DNA from: Porphyridium purpureum
Taxonomy: Eukaryota
Direction of reading: 5' to 3'
Assembly (NCBI GenBank): GCA_008690995.1
Contig: VRMN01000001.1
Location: forward strand, 2,852,001 to 2,916,000
Length of the DNA stretch: 64,000 bases
Part shown: one piece after another, positions 10,955 to 20,711 of the stretch
How positions within the stretch are numbered: the first letter of the stretch is position 1
How the letters are laid out: every line of letters begins with the position of its first letter
Notes under the pieces: model-generated
The model's database searches: none
Seen by the model: the letters and a program-made list of their open reading frames with translations, nothing else
What the model was told of the DNA's origin: nothing
Translations under genes and position numbers: made by a program

Positions 10955-12379
10955 ATGAATGCGATGACAAAGCTAATTGAATCGTCATCATCGTTGCCAT
11001 CCACGCAGTTGCCAGACGCGGCCATAGACAGCGCAGAGGAGCCAGGAACGCCCGACGAGGGAGACGCGTTTGAGGATACTTTTGGCGAGAGGATGTCCAT
11101 GAGCTCCGCGTCCAAAACAGTGAACCAAACGTCGCTGGCCCTAGTGCTGGTGAATGTGTTTCTGAGCGGCGTGTCGCTAACACTGGTGATTCCCGTGCTG
11201 CCGAAACTGCTCATCCTTGCGCTCGGCGGGAACGCATCGTCCGCAGCGTATTACCAGGGCTCGATCCAGTTTTTCGGTGGTATTATCGAGATTTTTGCCG
11301 CGCCGTTTTGGGGTCGCCTATCCGACAGCATCGGACGCAAGCCCGTGCTGCTGATAGCCCTGCTTGGTCTTTGCGCAGAAATGCTGCTCATCTACTTCTT
11401 CTGGCACAATGTAGTGATCTTTATCGCGGCTAGAATGCTCGCGAGTGCGGCAGGCGTGTACTTTAGCACGCTGTCGACCATATACGCAGACTTGAGTGCA
11501 GGAACAGGCCGCGAGGCGCAAACGTACGGCATTTCGGGCGCTGTTTTCGGCATGTCCTTTATCTGCGGGCCCATTGCTGGTGGCTTATTGGAGAAGAAGG
11601 GCACCGGGCTGGCGGTACTTGCATCTGCCTTCTGCCTAATGTTGTCGTTTGTCTTTGCCGTTCTGTTTGTACCTGAGACAAGTTCCGGCGTCATTGCTGA
11701 CCCGTTTCTACGCGCATCATCGGTCTTGGAGCGAGTGCAGAGCATCAGGATCGCCGAAATGGACGCCAATCCTTTCCCGCGCGTGCTAAAGTTATTGCGC
11801 GACCCCGTGCTGAGTCGGCTGGCTCAGGCAATGATGCTGGATGGCTTGGCATTTGGTGGGCTGCAGAGCGTATTCTTTTTCTTCACCAGCATCCGTTTTG
11901 GGTGGGACTCGAGCGAGGCGGGAATGTTTTTCGCACTGGTCGGCGTGTGCATGCTTGTGGGTCAAGGCCTGCTGACGCCTCTGTTTTCGCAGCGCTTCCC
12001 GGACCGTGCTGTCATTTTGTTCGGCTACTTTGTCGAGACGGTGCACTGGTTGATCTATGCGCTGGCCATGACGCCGGGCATGCTGTACTTTGGCCTCTGC
12101 GTAGGCGCGTTGGGGTACCCAGCGGGTCCCACCATCAAGGGCGTTGTGGCCAGACAAGTGCAGCCAGAAGAGCAGGGCACCGTGCAGGGCAGCTTGGCCG
12201 CACTGCAGATCATGGTCCGGCCGGTGAGCCCGCTTCTTGCAAATTCGGTGTTTGCATTCTTCACCTCTGCAGCTGCGCCTGTTTTCTTTCCGGGAGCCCC
12301 ATTTGTAGTCTGTGCGGTGCTCAGCTCTCTGAGTTTGATCATTGCGTCGCGCGCGTTGAGTAATCCAGACCTAAAATGA
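10955..12379 (+). CDS. MFS transporter, TetA/HIAT1 (MFSD14)-like
   Basis: Motif A GRLSDSIGRKPVLL, motif C FGMSFICGPIAGG, EEQGTVQGSL; about 12 TM segments. Confidence 0.92.
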   Translation: MNAMTKLIESSSSLPSTQLPDAAIDSAEEPGTPDEGDAFEDTFGERMSMSSASKTVNQTSLALVLVNVFLSGVSLTLVIPVLPKLLILALGGNASSAAYYQGSIQFFGGIIEIFAAPFWGRLSDSIGRKPVLLIALLGLCAEMLLIYFFWHNVVIFIAARMLASAAGVYFSTLSTIYADLSAGTGREAQTYGISGAVFGMSFICGPIAGGLLEKKGTGLAVLASAFCLMLSFVFAVLFVPETSSGVIADPFLRASSVLERVQSIRIAEMDANPFPRVLKLLRDPVLSRLAQAMMLDGLAFGGLQSVFFFFTSIRFGWDSSEAGMFFALVGVCMLVGQGLLTPLFSQRFPDRAVILFGYFVETVHWLIYALAMTPGMLYFGLCVGALGYPAGPTIKGVVARQVQPEEQGTVQGSLAALQIMVRPVSPLLANSVFAFFTSAAAPVFFPGAPFVVCAVLSSLSLIIASRALSNPDLK

Positions 12380-12729
12380 GATGAGACGTTGCCGCGCAAA
12401 TGCTTATAATTGTATGTGTTTGTTGAAGAAGGCCCTGAAAGTCCATATGCTATAAAGTTCATTATGCGACACTCAATGTTTCCGAACCACACTGTTACCG
12501 TTTATTGAACATTGGGAAAGAAGAATGTAAACGAAACATTCAATGCTAGAGAGTAAACAGCGCACACGCGGAAACCGGCTCATACAGAGGCGAAGAATTA
12601 TTTGAGCTTGTACATCTGCCTACACTCTTCCACAGAAAGAACCAAACAACAAGAGAAATATCGATCGCTTCACCGAGACGTGACTTCAGCCCGTCCGCGC
12701 GCGAGTGGGGCAGTTGGCAGACCGAGCGC

Positions 12730-13464
12730 TTATCGGCCCTTCATGGCGCGCTCTCGCATGTACTGCTCGAACAAGCTGCCACCCGCCGCCGCCGGCTTGG
12801 ATCCGTTGCTGCTGCTGCTGCTCGCGCCATTTCCGTTCGACGCTGGCGGCGCGTACGGCAGACCAGAGGACGATCCTGCACGGTACGACGGCTTGCTCAG
12901 CGAGTCCAGGTAGCTGGACGAGCTCTGGCTCGCCGGCACAGACGAGGCCGGAGCAGAGTTCCTGGATGGAATTGGCGCGGACGACGACGGAGCTGGGGCC
13001 GAGTACGACGGCGCCGACGAGGCACCGCCACGCTTCCTCATGTACTCCTCGAACAGGCTACCGCCTGCCGCGGGCTTTGCCGCCGCTGGGGCCGGGGCCG
13101 AATACGATGGAGCCGAGTACGACGGAGCTGACGAGGCCGGCGCGGCACCGCCACGCTTCCTCATGTACTCCTCGAACAGGCTGCCTCCGGCCGCGGGCTT
13201 TGGCGCCGCTGGGGCCGGGGCCGAGTACGACGGAGCCGAGTACGACGGCGCGGCGGCAGCCGGCGCGGCGCCGCCCTCCTTGCGTGCTCGCTCGGCCATG
13301 TAGTCAGCGAAAGACTTTGGCGCGGTGTGAATTGCCGTTTGCTTGGCCTTTGGGTCATTTGGGTCAATGTACGTCGGGTTTGGGTCGCGCGTCGGCTTGT
13401 CGAAACGCACCACTCGGCTCCTTGCCGGGGCCTTGCCCACACCAATTGCTCCAACAAACGCCAT
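12730..13464 (-). CDS. Low-complexity Ala/Pro/Ser repeat protein with 4 (L)FE(E/Q)YMR(K/E)R-type motifs, probable plastid protein (short paralog)
   Basis: MAFVG start; 46-aa block shared with 15304-17124; internal 123-bp duplication; upstream TATA box; function unknown. Confidence 0.85.
   Translation of the reverse strand: MAFVGAIGVGKAPARSRVVRFDKPTRDPNPTYIDPNDPKAKQTAIHTAPKSFADYMAERARKEGGAAPAAAAPSYSAPSYSAPAPAAPKPAAGGSLFEEYMRKRGGAAPASSAPSYSAPSYSAPAPAAAKPAAGGSLFEEYMRKRGGASSAPSYSAPAPSSSAPIPSRNSAPASSVPASQSSSSYLDSLSKPSYRAGSSSGLPYAPPASNGNGASSSSSNGSKPAAAGGSLFEQYMRERAMKGR
13022..13257. repeat. Two near-identical units at 123-bp (41-codon) spacing inside the short repeat-protein gene
   Basis: gcaccgccacgcttcctcatgtactcctcgaacaggct... 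occurs at 13022 and at 13145. Confidence 0.85.
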
Positions 13465-13596
13465 CCTGTTCCTTTTCCCTTGCGCGGTCACTTCCTCCAA
13501 ACCCCCGTCACTTCCTCTCCCTTCTCCACCCTTCGACTCCTATCCTCTTTCCCCGCACGTTCTCCCGACCGTCACGCCCAACGTTACCGCGGCTTC

Positions 13597-13603
13597 TTTT
13601 ATA
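13597..13603 (-). promoter_or_regulatory. Putative TATA box (TATAAAA) of the short repeat-protein gene
   Basis: CCTATAAAAG on the minus strand about 130 bp upstream of ATG 13464 in a GC-rich context. Confidence 0.55.
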
Positions 13604-15303
13604 GGCAGAATGGCGTCGTGGCTGGCGGTGCTGCGTGCGTGATCGCAGATTCCGCCCGTCTCCGTACCAAAACGCGCACGTTCTGCTAGGCCGCGCGTCG
13701 GTAGCCACAAACGCCTTGTGGCGTGCATGGGAGGGGGACGCTTGGGCGAACTGCGGCAGGCTCGCGGCGCAATCTCCCGTGCCGCCACGCGCGCAATCAC
13801 GAATTCGGCACCGCTTTGCTACTGCCGCGCGGCTTTCCCTTCTGGACGCGTCCATTTCACGTCCAAACGCTCGCAGCGCCCGAATTCGACCCATTTTACC
13901 AGCACCAGCGCTCACGCGCCCTGCGTCTGTGAACCTTCGCGCCACAGTACACCCCCTTCTCCCCCGCCTATTTTCTCTCTCACCGTTCCATCCGCTTTTT
14001 CCGTCTTCGTGGGCGAGTCGCTGCATCTGTGCGGTCGTGATTGTCGGGCACACACACACACACGCATAAAAGCACACAACGCTGTGGGTGTCGTGTGTGC
14101 ACAAGAAACGGGCGGCAGCCAATCACACAACACATCTCCATTCATCCTTCTATCCACACACACAGCCGCCGCGTCTTACTCATACCGCTCTCGTTCTTCG
14201 ACATCCCTTGTTTTGGAAGCTGTTTGGGCGGACGCACAAAAACCTCATCCACCCATCCACGCTTTTTTTTTTTACACATGATTATCACTAGCATTACCAC
14301 GACCCCATCTGTCAAGGACCGCCAATAATAAAAAAACGCACACGCCGCCGCGTTTGAGCCTACAGTTCAGAAGCAGAACCGACACGCCGAAAAAGCTCGA
14401 ACCAGCCACCACCAGCAGCAGCAGCAGCCACCTGCGCCGCCGCTTCGTCGTCACACAGCGCCACGCGCCAAATGCGGCTTGCACGAAACGCGCGTTCGAT
14501 CGCTGTGTATTCGTTTATGTGGTGTGCGGTGTGCGATGTGCGGTGTGTCTCCGTGCAATCTGCATCAGCGCAAACTAAACGACCACGCTGTGTGAGTCCC
14601 TTTTCAGATCAAGATCACGTTAGGGTTTCGTGCGTGCTGTGTGTGTGTGTGTGTATGTGCGGGGGAGATTGCGCACACACGCGCGCGTCATCACAAAGCG
14701 GTTGGCGGGGGTAGGACGCGTTTGTCATAGCAACGTGCGGCGGTTTTGCGATGATGATGAAAAAGTCGTGACTGTTACTAGTGTGGTGGTGGGGGGACTC
14801 CGTGTGGCGGGCGGCTATCTGGCGGGGGCCCGCGCAGATTGACGTGCACACTGTGGGGCGTGAGACGTGCAGTGCAGGCTGTTTTGATACGCGCATGGGT
14901 GCGTGCCGCATGGAAATGGAGTGTGCGTTTTTGTGTGTCTCCGCGCAGCAGCCCAAAATCGACGTGTGTGTGCGCTGAATGTGCGTCGCTCGCAGCAGGC
15001 TGGGCAATCCGGTCGTTTCATGAAACGGAGAGTTAGTCTCGCAGCAAGAGGGAGGGTGAGTGTGAGTATTTATGGTAACGGAGCACGTGGTCGCGGGGAC
15101 AGTAATTGCGGTCGAGATTGCACACGGTCGACGCAGTCTGCCTGGACGTCACGCGCAAGCCGCCGCTTTCTGTTCCGGTCAAAGGCAGCGCCCGATCGCC
15201 GCGCATTAGCCTCGGAGGAACGGTGCGTCGGAGTTGAGGGCACACGCGAGGACGCAGAGCGAGACGGAGGAAGAGACAGAGGGAAAGAGGAACGCGGTGC
15301 GAC

Positions 15304-17124
15304 ATGAATGACTCGGTCGAGTCTATGATGATGTCCGGCGTCGCATTCATGCCCGGCAGTGCCGTGCCGCTGGGGGGTGGCCGCTACATCGTCAAAGGCC
15401 CGGCGTCGAGGACGGTGCGGTACGACAAGCCCACCCGCGACCCCAACCCGTCGTTCATCGATCCAAACGACCCCAAGGCGAAGCAAAAGGCGATTCACAC
15501 AGCGCCAAAGTCGTTCGCAGACTACCTGGCCGAGCGGGCTCGCAAGGAAGGGACCGCGCCTCCGGCCGCGGCCGCGGCTGCGCCAGCGCAGAACGGTAAC
15601 GGCTACAAGCCCAGCTCCGTGCAGGTGGCGCCGAGCGCTCCGAAGCCGGCTGGTGGCGCCATGTCGCCATACGAAGAATACATGGCGAAGCGCAACGGAG
15701 GCGATTCCGCCTCTGCGGCCTCGCCCGCCCCGCCCGCGCCTGCGGCAAAGGCCGGCGGCGCAATGAGCCCGTACGAAGAGTATTTGCAAAAGCGACGCGC
15801 ACAAGAAAGTGGCTCGGTGCCCGCGTACACAGCGCCTGCGGCCGCTTCGCCGCTGCCGTCGCAGTCCAGAGCGGCTCCTGCGGCAGCCAAAGAGCTCAGC
15901 CCCTATGAAGAGTACATGCGGAAACGGGCATCGCAGTCGCAGGCTCCGGCTGCCGTTCCGCAACCCGCCGCGACATCTGCCGCGCCTGTGAAGAAGGAAG
16001 CCGAACTCAGCCCCTACGAAGAATACATGAGGAAGCGCAATGGTGGTGGTTCTGTGACCGGGTCGACGGCGCCTCCGGCGCCAAAGCCGTACACGCCGCC
16101 GGCCGCGCCAAAAGCACCAGCGAGCAGTGGAAGCGCGACATTGTATGAAGAATACATGCGTGCGCGCCAGCAAAAGGAAAGTGGCCGTTCCGCGTCGTCG
16201 CCCGCCGCGTCGTATTCGCCGCCAGCAGCGTCCTACACACCGCCAGCAAGTCCGGCGAGCCCGCAACCGGTGACTGGTAATTTGTTTGAGGATTACATGA
16301 AACGACGTGCTGAAAAGGAGTATGCGCGTCCAGCGACGGGCACGGCACCAGCGCCCTCGGCGCCTCGAGCCTTTGCGCCCCCCGCAGCACCTTCCGGTGG
16401 TAGCCTATTTGAATCTTACATGCGCGAGAGGGCTGCGAAGGAGGCCGGTAGTTCGCAGGGAACGAACGCACCAGGCACTCGGGCCGCACCAGCACCCACA
16501 AAATCAAGCGCGTCTGAAACGAGTCTCTTTGATTCGTACATGCGCGAGAGAGCGGCGAAGGAGGGCGGGGCTGGCAGCAGCAGCAGCAGTAGTAGCAAGC
16601 CAGTTTCGCCGACAGCGGCACCAGCAGCGGCACCGGTTGCGGCGCCAAAGTCGGCGCCAAAGTTAGCAGCGGTGAGTGGTGGCAGCTTGTTCGAGTCGTA
16701 CATGGCTGAACGTAAGAAGAAGGAAGCCGCAGGCGGCGGTACAACCTCTGCGTCCAGCACACCCAGCGTTCCGAGGGCCGCTCCGCCTGCCTCTTCCTCT
16801 ACTTCTTCTTCTTCGAGCTCCAGCCCGTCGTTCTCTGCTCCGTCATTTTCCAAGCCGTCATTTTCGACGCCATCGATGCCCAAGCTCTTTGACTTTCTGA
16901 TTCTTGAAAAGGCGGCCAAGTCGTTCGCGAGTGAAATGCAAAAGTCGATGACCCCTTCGACTAGCAGCACAAGCAAGCCATACAAAGCAAGCAGCAGTAG
17001 CACAGCTGGGGATGGCTCCGGCGTGGCAGAGATTCACCAGGCGCTGCTTCTGATCCTAGTGGCGATGGCCATTGGCGTGCTGGCGGTGTACACGAGCTCG
17101 GGTCTTTCAGACTTCCGACCCTAA
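15304..17124 (+). CDS. Low-complexity repeat protein with 10 helical EEYMRKR-type motifs and a C-terminal TM helix (long paralog)
   Basis: 606-aa ORF; shared N-terminal block 15415-15552; motifs every 34-54 aa; hydrophobic ALLLILVAMAIGVLAVY at about 17041-17091; true start may be 15325 (MMMSGVAF). Confidence 0.87.
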   Translation: MNDSVESMMMSGVAFMPGSAVPLGGGRYIVKGPASRTVRYDKPTRDPNPSFIDPNDPKAKQKAIHTAPKSFADYLAERARKEGTAPPAAAAAAPAQNGNGYKPSSVQVAPSAPKPAGGAMSPYEEYMAKRNGGDSASAASPAPPAPAAKAGGAMSPYEEYLQKRRAQESGSVPAYTAPAAASPLPSQSRAAPAAAKELSPYEEYMRKRASQSQAPAAVPQPAATSAAPVKKEAELSPYEEYMRKRNGGGSVTGSTAPPAPKPYTPPAAPKAPASSGSATLYEEYMRARQQKESGRSASSPAASYSPPAASYTPPASPASPQPVTGNLFEDYMKRRAEKEYARPATGTAPAPSAPRAFAPPAAPSGGSLFESYMRERAAKEAGSSQGTNAPGTRAAPAPTKSSASETSLFDSYMRERAAKEGGAGSSSSSSSKPVSPTAAPAAAPVAAPKSAPKLAAVSGGSLFESYMAERKKKEAAGGGTTSASSTPSVPRAAPPASSSTSSSSSSSPSFSAPSFSKPSFSTPSMPKLFDFLILEKAAKSFASEMQKSMTPSTSSTSKPYKASSSSTAGDGSGVAEIHQALLLILVAMAIGVLAVYTSSGLSDFRP

Positions 17125-17437
17125 TTGATGTACCTGGCTCTCCCCCTTCCCTTGGAAACAAAATGCCGAGCAGAACAGTGCAATACTTCCATGCTCCCGC
17201 AGCGGGAGATTGTTTGATAAATATAGCCTCTTCCTGGTTGCCCGTCACCGTCTTGCATGTCCGCGTGTATGTCAGCGCTCTCGTCCCCCCGGGGCGGCCT
17301 TGTCACGAAACCCTAGCGCCGCAACGGCGAAGTGGCACCTGCAGGCGATATGATGGACAGATGGAAGAAGCCGAAGTAGTCGTGCGCTGTTCGTCCGTGT
17401 CTGCGGGCTGCGCTCACAGTCTTCACGAGCGGCAGGG

Positions 17438-19111
17438 ATGGGCAGGAAAAAGAAATCGGCTTCGGCTCGCGCGGGGCCGGGCGCGGCCGCGGCGGCGTCC
17501 AACGGATATGCTTCGGACAGCCTGCGTGGATCAGACGACGAGGTCATGTCCCGAAGCACGGCGTACCTGAATTCGGACGGTGAACCGGTCGAGCCGCAGC
17601 ATGCGTACGCCGGCGCTGCGGGTACGCCCGAGGACGACGCATGGCACGAAGTCGTACTTCTTCTGGCCGACAAGAACGCCCGAAACCGGATGGCAGCGCT
17701 GCGTGAGTTGCTGGTACCGATGCACTCCAAACTACAGGCTGCTGCTCTGTCCGCGCACGCAGAAGAATGCTGGCAGCTCGTTCAGGTGCATAGTGTGAAG
17801 CGAGGGGACGCAGAAGAACTGGGTCTCGCCGCAGTGCTGATGGTGTGCCTGGCGCTGCATTACTCAGATTCTGGGGAGGTGGAGGACTTGCAACAGGCTT
17901 CTGCCTTGTTGCTTCGATATGGGGCGGGGCACAACTCCCCGCGCGCTGTATATGCTGCATGTGCGCTTCTCTTTCTGGACCGTGCAGGTGGAGTACAGGA
18001 GACCGAGTTCGTTGTCGCGATGATGCGCAAGCTTGAAGCGGTGATGCACGCCGGGGTCCCAGAACTAGCGGCAGAGCTCGCCGACGTGCCTGAGCCAGAG
18101 ATCGAGCTTCTCCTGGCCGCGACGCTCTGTTTTGGTGCGCTGGCCGCTCGCTTACCGACAGAAATACTGCAGCGGAGCTTGTTTCGCGAGCCGCAGGACA
18201 CGCCGGTCGAAGTGGAATTGAGCGACGGGGATGACGAATCCGTCCACGACCTCCACATGAATCGAACACTGAATGGGGACGGAGGCGACGATGTTGCGGG
18301 AGCGGATGATGACGAAAAGCTTGCCCCTAAGCACCAACGGAAAGCGCTCGCCAAGTCAAGCAGGGCCAAACAGCGAGCAAAAGAGCGCAGACAGAGCCGT
18401 GCAGAGAAGTCGGACCTGAAACAGATAAGCGCATCCAACTACGAGTCGCGCGCGGTTTTTGCGTTGCTTCACATTGCGCGGGGAGACCCATTGCGCGTCG
18501 TGAACGATGATCGCGACTCGGCGAATCAGTTGCGCGTGACTGCCTTGTCTGTGCTGGGGATGGCTGCGCACGACACGGACTACAGTAGCGACAGCGATGA
18601 AGAAGACGAACGTGACTTCGCTGAACAAGAGCACGATGAATTTGAGGAGGAAGATGAACATGAACATGATCCGGACTACGCTTGGCGACCGACGCGACGA
18701 TCCGTCTGCGCATCGCTTGATGAGCTCCTGGAAGATATTGACGACCTGGTCGGAGGAGCTCGCCGAACGGGGAAGAAGCAGCGCTCCACCTTGAAAAGCC
18801 TTGCTGGCGTCGTTGCTGAAATCGACGAATTCGGCCAGCGCGGTAGTGAGCAAGAGATAGAACTGCCAGCTTCACACCAGACACTTGTCCTCTCGAGCCA
18901 TGCTGAACGATACACGTTTGCGGTCTTCAGTCGGGTCCTCGGTCTGCATTCGCTGCGTCTTTATTTAGAACTGAATATCCCGCTTCGTGATCTTTTTGAT
19001 CTGGGTAAACCGGCGGTAAACTCTGCTGAGCTGATTGCCCTGGCCAGTCAGAACGCTTCTGCCCAGAAGCGATCAGCTGGTAAAAGGAGCAAGCACAAGT
19101 CGAGGCGGTGA
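17438..19111 (+). CDS. Interferon-related developmental regulator (IFRD1)-like protein
   Basis: Basic N-terminus; ADKNARNRMAAL and SVKRGDAEELGLAA helical-repeat pattern; C-terminal FSRVLG..LRLYLELNIPLRDLFDLG followed by a basic tail. Confidence 0.72.
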   Translation: MGRKKKSASARAGPGAAAAASNGYASDSLRGSDDEVMSRSTAYLNSDGEPVEPQHAYAGAAGTPEDDAWHEVVLLLADKNARNRMAALRELLVPMHSKLQAAALSAHAEECWQLVQVHSVKRGDAEELGLAAVLMVCLALHYSDSGEVEDLQQASALLLRYGAGHNSPRAVYAACALLFLDRAGGVQETEFVVAMMRKLEAVMHAGVPELAAELADVPEPEIELLLAATLCFGALAARLPTEILQRSLFREPQDTPVEVELSDGDDESVHDLHMNRTLNGDGGDDVAGADDDEKLAPKHQRKALAKSSRAKQRAKERRQSRAEKSDLKQISASNYESRAVFALLHIARGDPLRVVNDDRDSANQLRVTALSVLGMAAHDTDYSSDSDEEDERDFAEQEHDEFEEEDEHEHDPDYAWRPTRRSVCASLDELLEDIDDLVGGARRTGKKQRSTLKSLAGVVAEIDEFGQRGSEQEIELPASHQTLVLSSHAERYTFAVFSRVLGLHSLRLYLELNIPLRDLFDLGKPAVNSAELIALASQNASAQKRSAGKRSKHKSRR

Positions 19112-19266
19112 GCCGTGTCGCTTGCCTTGTTGCTGATGAACTAGATGAAAGTCGAGGCAGTGACAATTTAAGCCAATGCGTTCGCAAACTTGACGAGTCA
19201 TTCTTCTCGGCGAGCAATGACCAAAATGACTTGCAAAGGTGAAGGCGGGCTACTCTGGGTTGAAAA

Positions 19267-20541
19267 TTAGGAAATTCCGCTTGCGCGCTGCTCCTCTATC
19301 TCCCGCTTGATGTCCTGTGCGCGCCCGTACAACGCATTCTTAAGCTTTGACACCTTCCCGTGGCGCTGCGCAAGTGCATTCACAACCGACACGGAGGACT
19401 TCACCGACACGCCTTGCACGATTAGCTCTCGCAAAAGTTCACCTGCGTCCACATGTAAAGGTACAGCCTCGTCTGATTCCAGTTCGAGTAAATCTGCATC
19501 CGCGCGACGTTCTTGACGTGCGACTGGTCCAACAACTAGAACAAACTCACCGCGTGGCTCACCCTCCAAACCATTCATGTGCTGCACGCACTCTGCGATA
19601 GACCCAAAACGCAAGATCTCCTCATGTACCTTTGTGAGCTCCCTCGCGACGGTGACGCCGCGTGGCTTGCCCAACTGCTCGACAACGCTTTGAATTGCTG
19701 CAAGCGTCTCGCGCACACGAAACGGTGATTCATACAGCACCACGCACTGGGAGTCCAACTTGAGCAGATTTTCAAGCGCGCTGAGCCTTTGCGTGCTTTT
19801 CTTGGGCAGAAACCCGGCAAAAGTAAATTCGTAGCACGGCTGCCCTGCAACTGATAGCGCCGAGATGAGAGCACACGGTCCCGGTATCGGTACCACTGGA
19901 ACACCCAGCAAATGCGCTTGTTCTATGAGAAGCGCACCAGGGTCGCTAATCAACGGAGTACCTGCGTCGCTCACGAGCGCAACGCGTTGCCCCTTAGCTA
20001 TGCAATTTTGTAGGATGTACTCGACTCGCTCGAGCTTGGAGTTGTGCTCATTCAGAGACACAAAAGTGCACTGTTGTGCCAAGTTGAGAGCCGCATCCTC
20101 ATCTTCTACCACTGAGGACGCGCCGATCGTCCGCCTGTGACCAAAACGACCGTTCAACCGCTCTCGCTTCAAGTGCTCGAGCAATTTGCCACTATGTCTC
20201 GTGTCTTCGGCCACAATCACATCTGCAGACAAAAGCGTCCTCGCCGCTCGAATCGAGATATCCTCAAGATTTCCAATTGGCGTGGCAACGACATACAGTG
20301 CGCCGGCAGCCCGCAGCGTTTGCGCGGAGCTGCTGCCACATAAACGCACTTGACGAACAGATGCCACTCGCCGTGCTAAATCAACGGCACGGTGCATGCC
20401 ACTCCCAACGGCAAGGAACATGGCAAATGCCGGCGCCCATGACGCTTTGATTGGTGCCAGTTTCATCTGAGCACTTGTATCCGCCTGCAAAAGATTCGAA
20501 CGGTGAGTCTGTCCTCGCCGCGCGGTGAAACGTGGATCCAT
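19267..20541 (-). CDS. rsmI: 16S rRNA (cytidine1402-2'-O)-methyltransferase RsmI, organelle-targeted
   Basis: LYVVATPIGNLEDIS, AEDTRHS, LVSDAGTPLISDPG, PIPGPCA, YESPFR, ARELTKVHEE, GEFV; true start may be one of the downstream ATGs. Confidence 0.93.
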   Translation of the reverse strand: MDPRFTARRGQTHRSNLLQADTSAQMKLAPIKASWAPAFAMFLAVGSGMHRAVDLARRVASVRQVRLCGSSSAQTLRAAGALYVVATPIGNLEDISIRAARTLLSADVIVAEDTRHSGKLLEHLKRERLNGRFGHRRTIGASSVVEDEDAALNLAQQCTFVSLNEHNSKLERVEYILQNCIAKGQRVALVSDAGTPLISDPGALLIEQAHLLGVPVVPIPGPCALISALSVAGQPCYEFTFAGFLPKKSTQRLSALENLLKLDSQCVVLYESPFRVRETLAAIQSVVEQLGKPRGVTVARELTKVHEEILRFGSIAECVQHMNGLEGEPRGEFVLVVGPVARQERRADADLLELESDEAVPLHVDAGELLRELIVQGVSVKSSVSVVNALAQRHGKVSKLKNALYGRAQDIKREIEEQRASGIS

Positions 20542-20711
20542 GCTGAATCGAGAAGCCTCGTCGGTCGCCTGACGTTTAATGTTTACTGGTGAAGTGCCAA
20601 CAAGTAAGACAAAATCTCATCGACTCCCCAAGCGCTCAAGAGCTGCGTACTGTGGAGCATCGCAAGCGCTGCAGACAAGGCCATTGAGCGATGCGTGTCG
20701 TGCGTGATGAA

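Noticed and set aside
15070..17003. Antisense ORFs of 195-398 aa over the long repeat gene
   Set aside because: GC-rich, low-complexity shadows; the paralog-conserved frame is the plus-strand one
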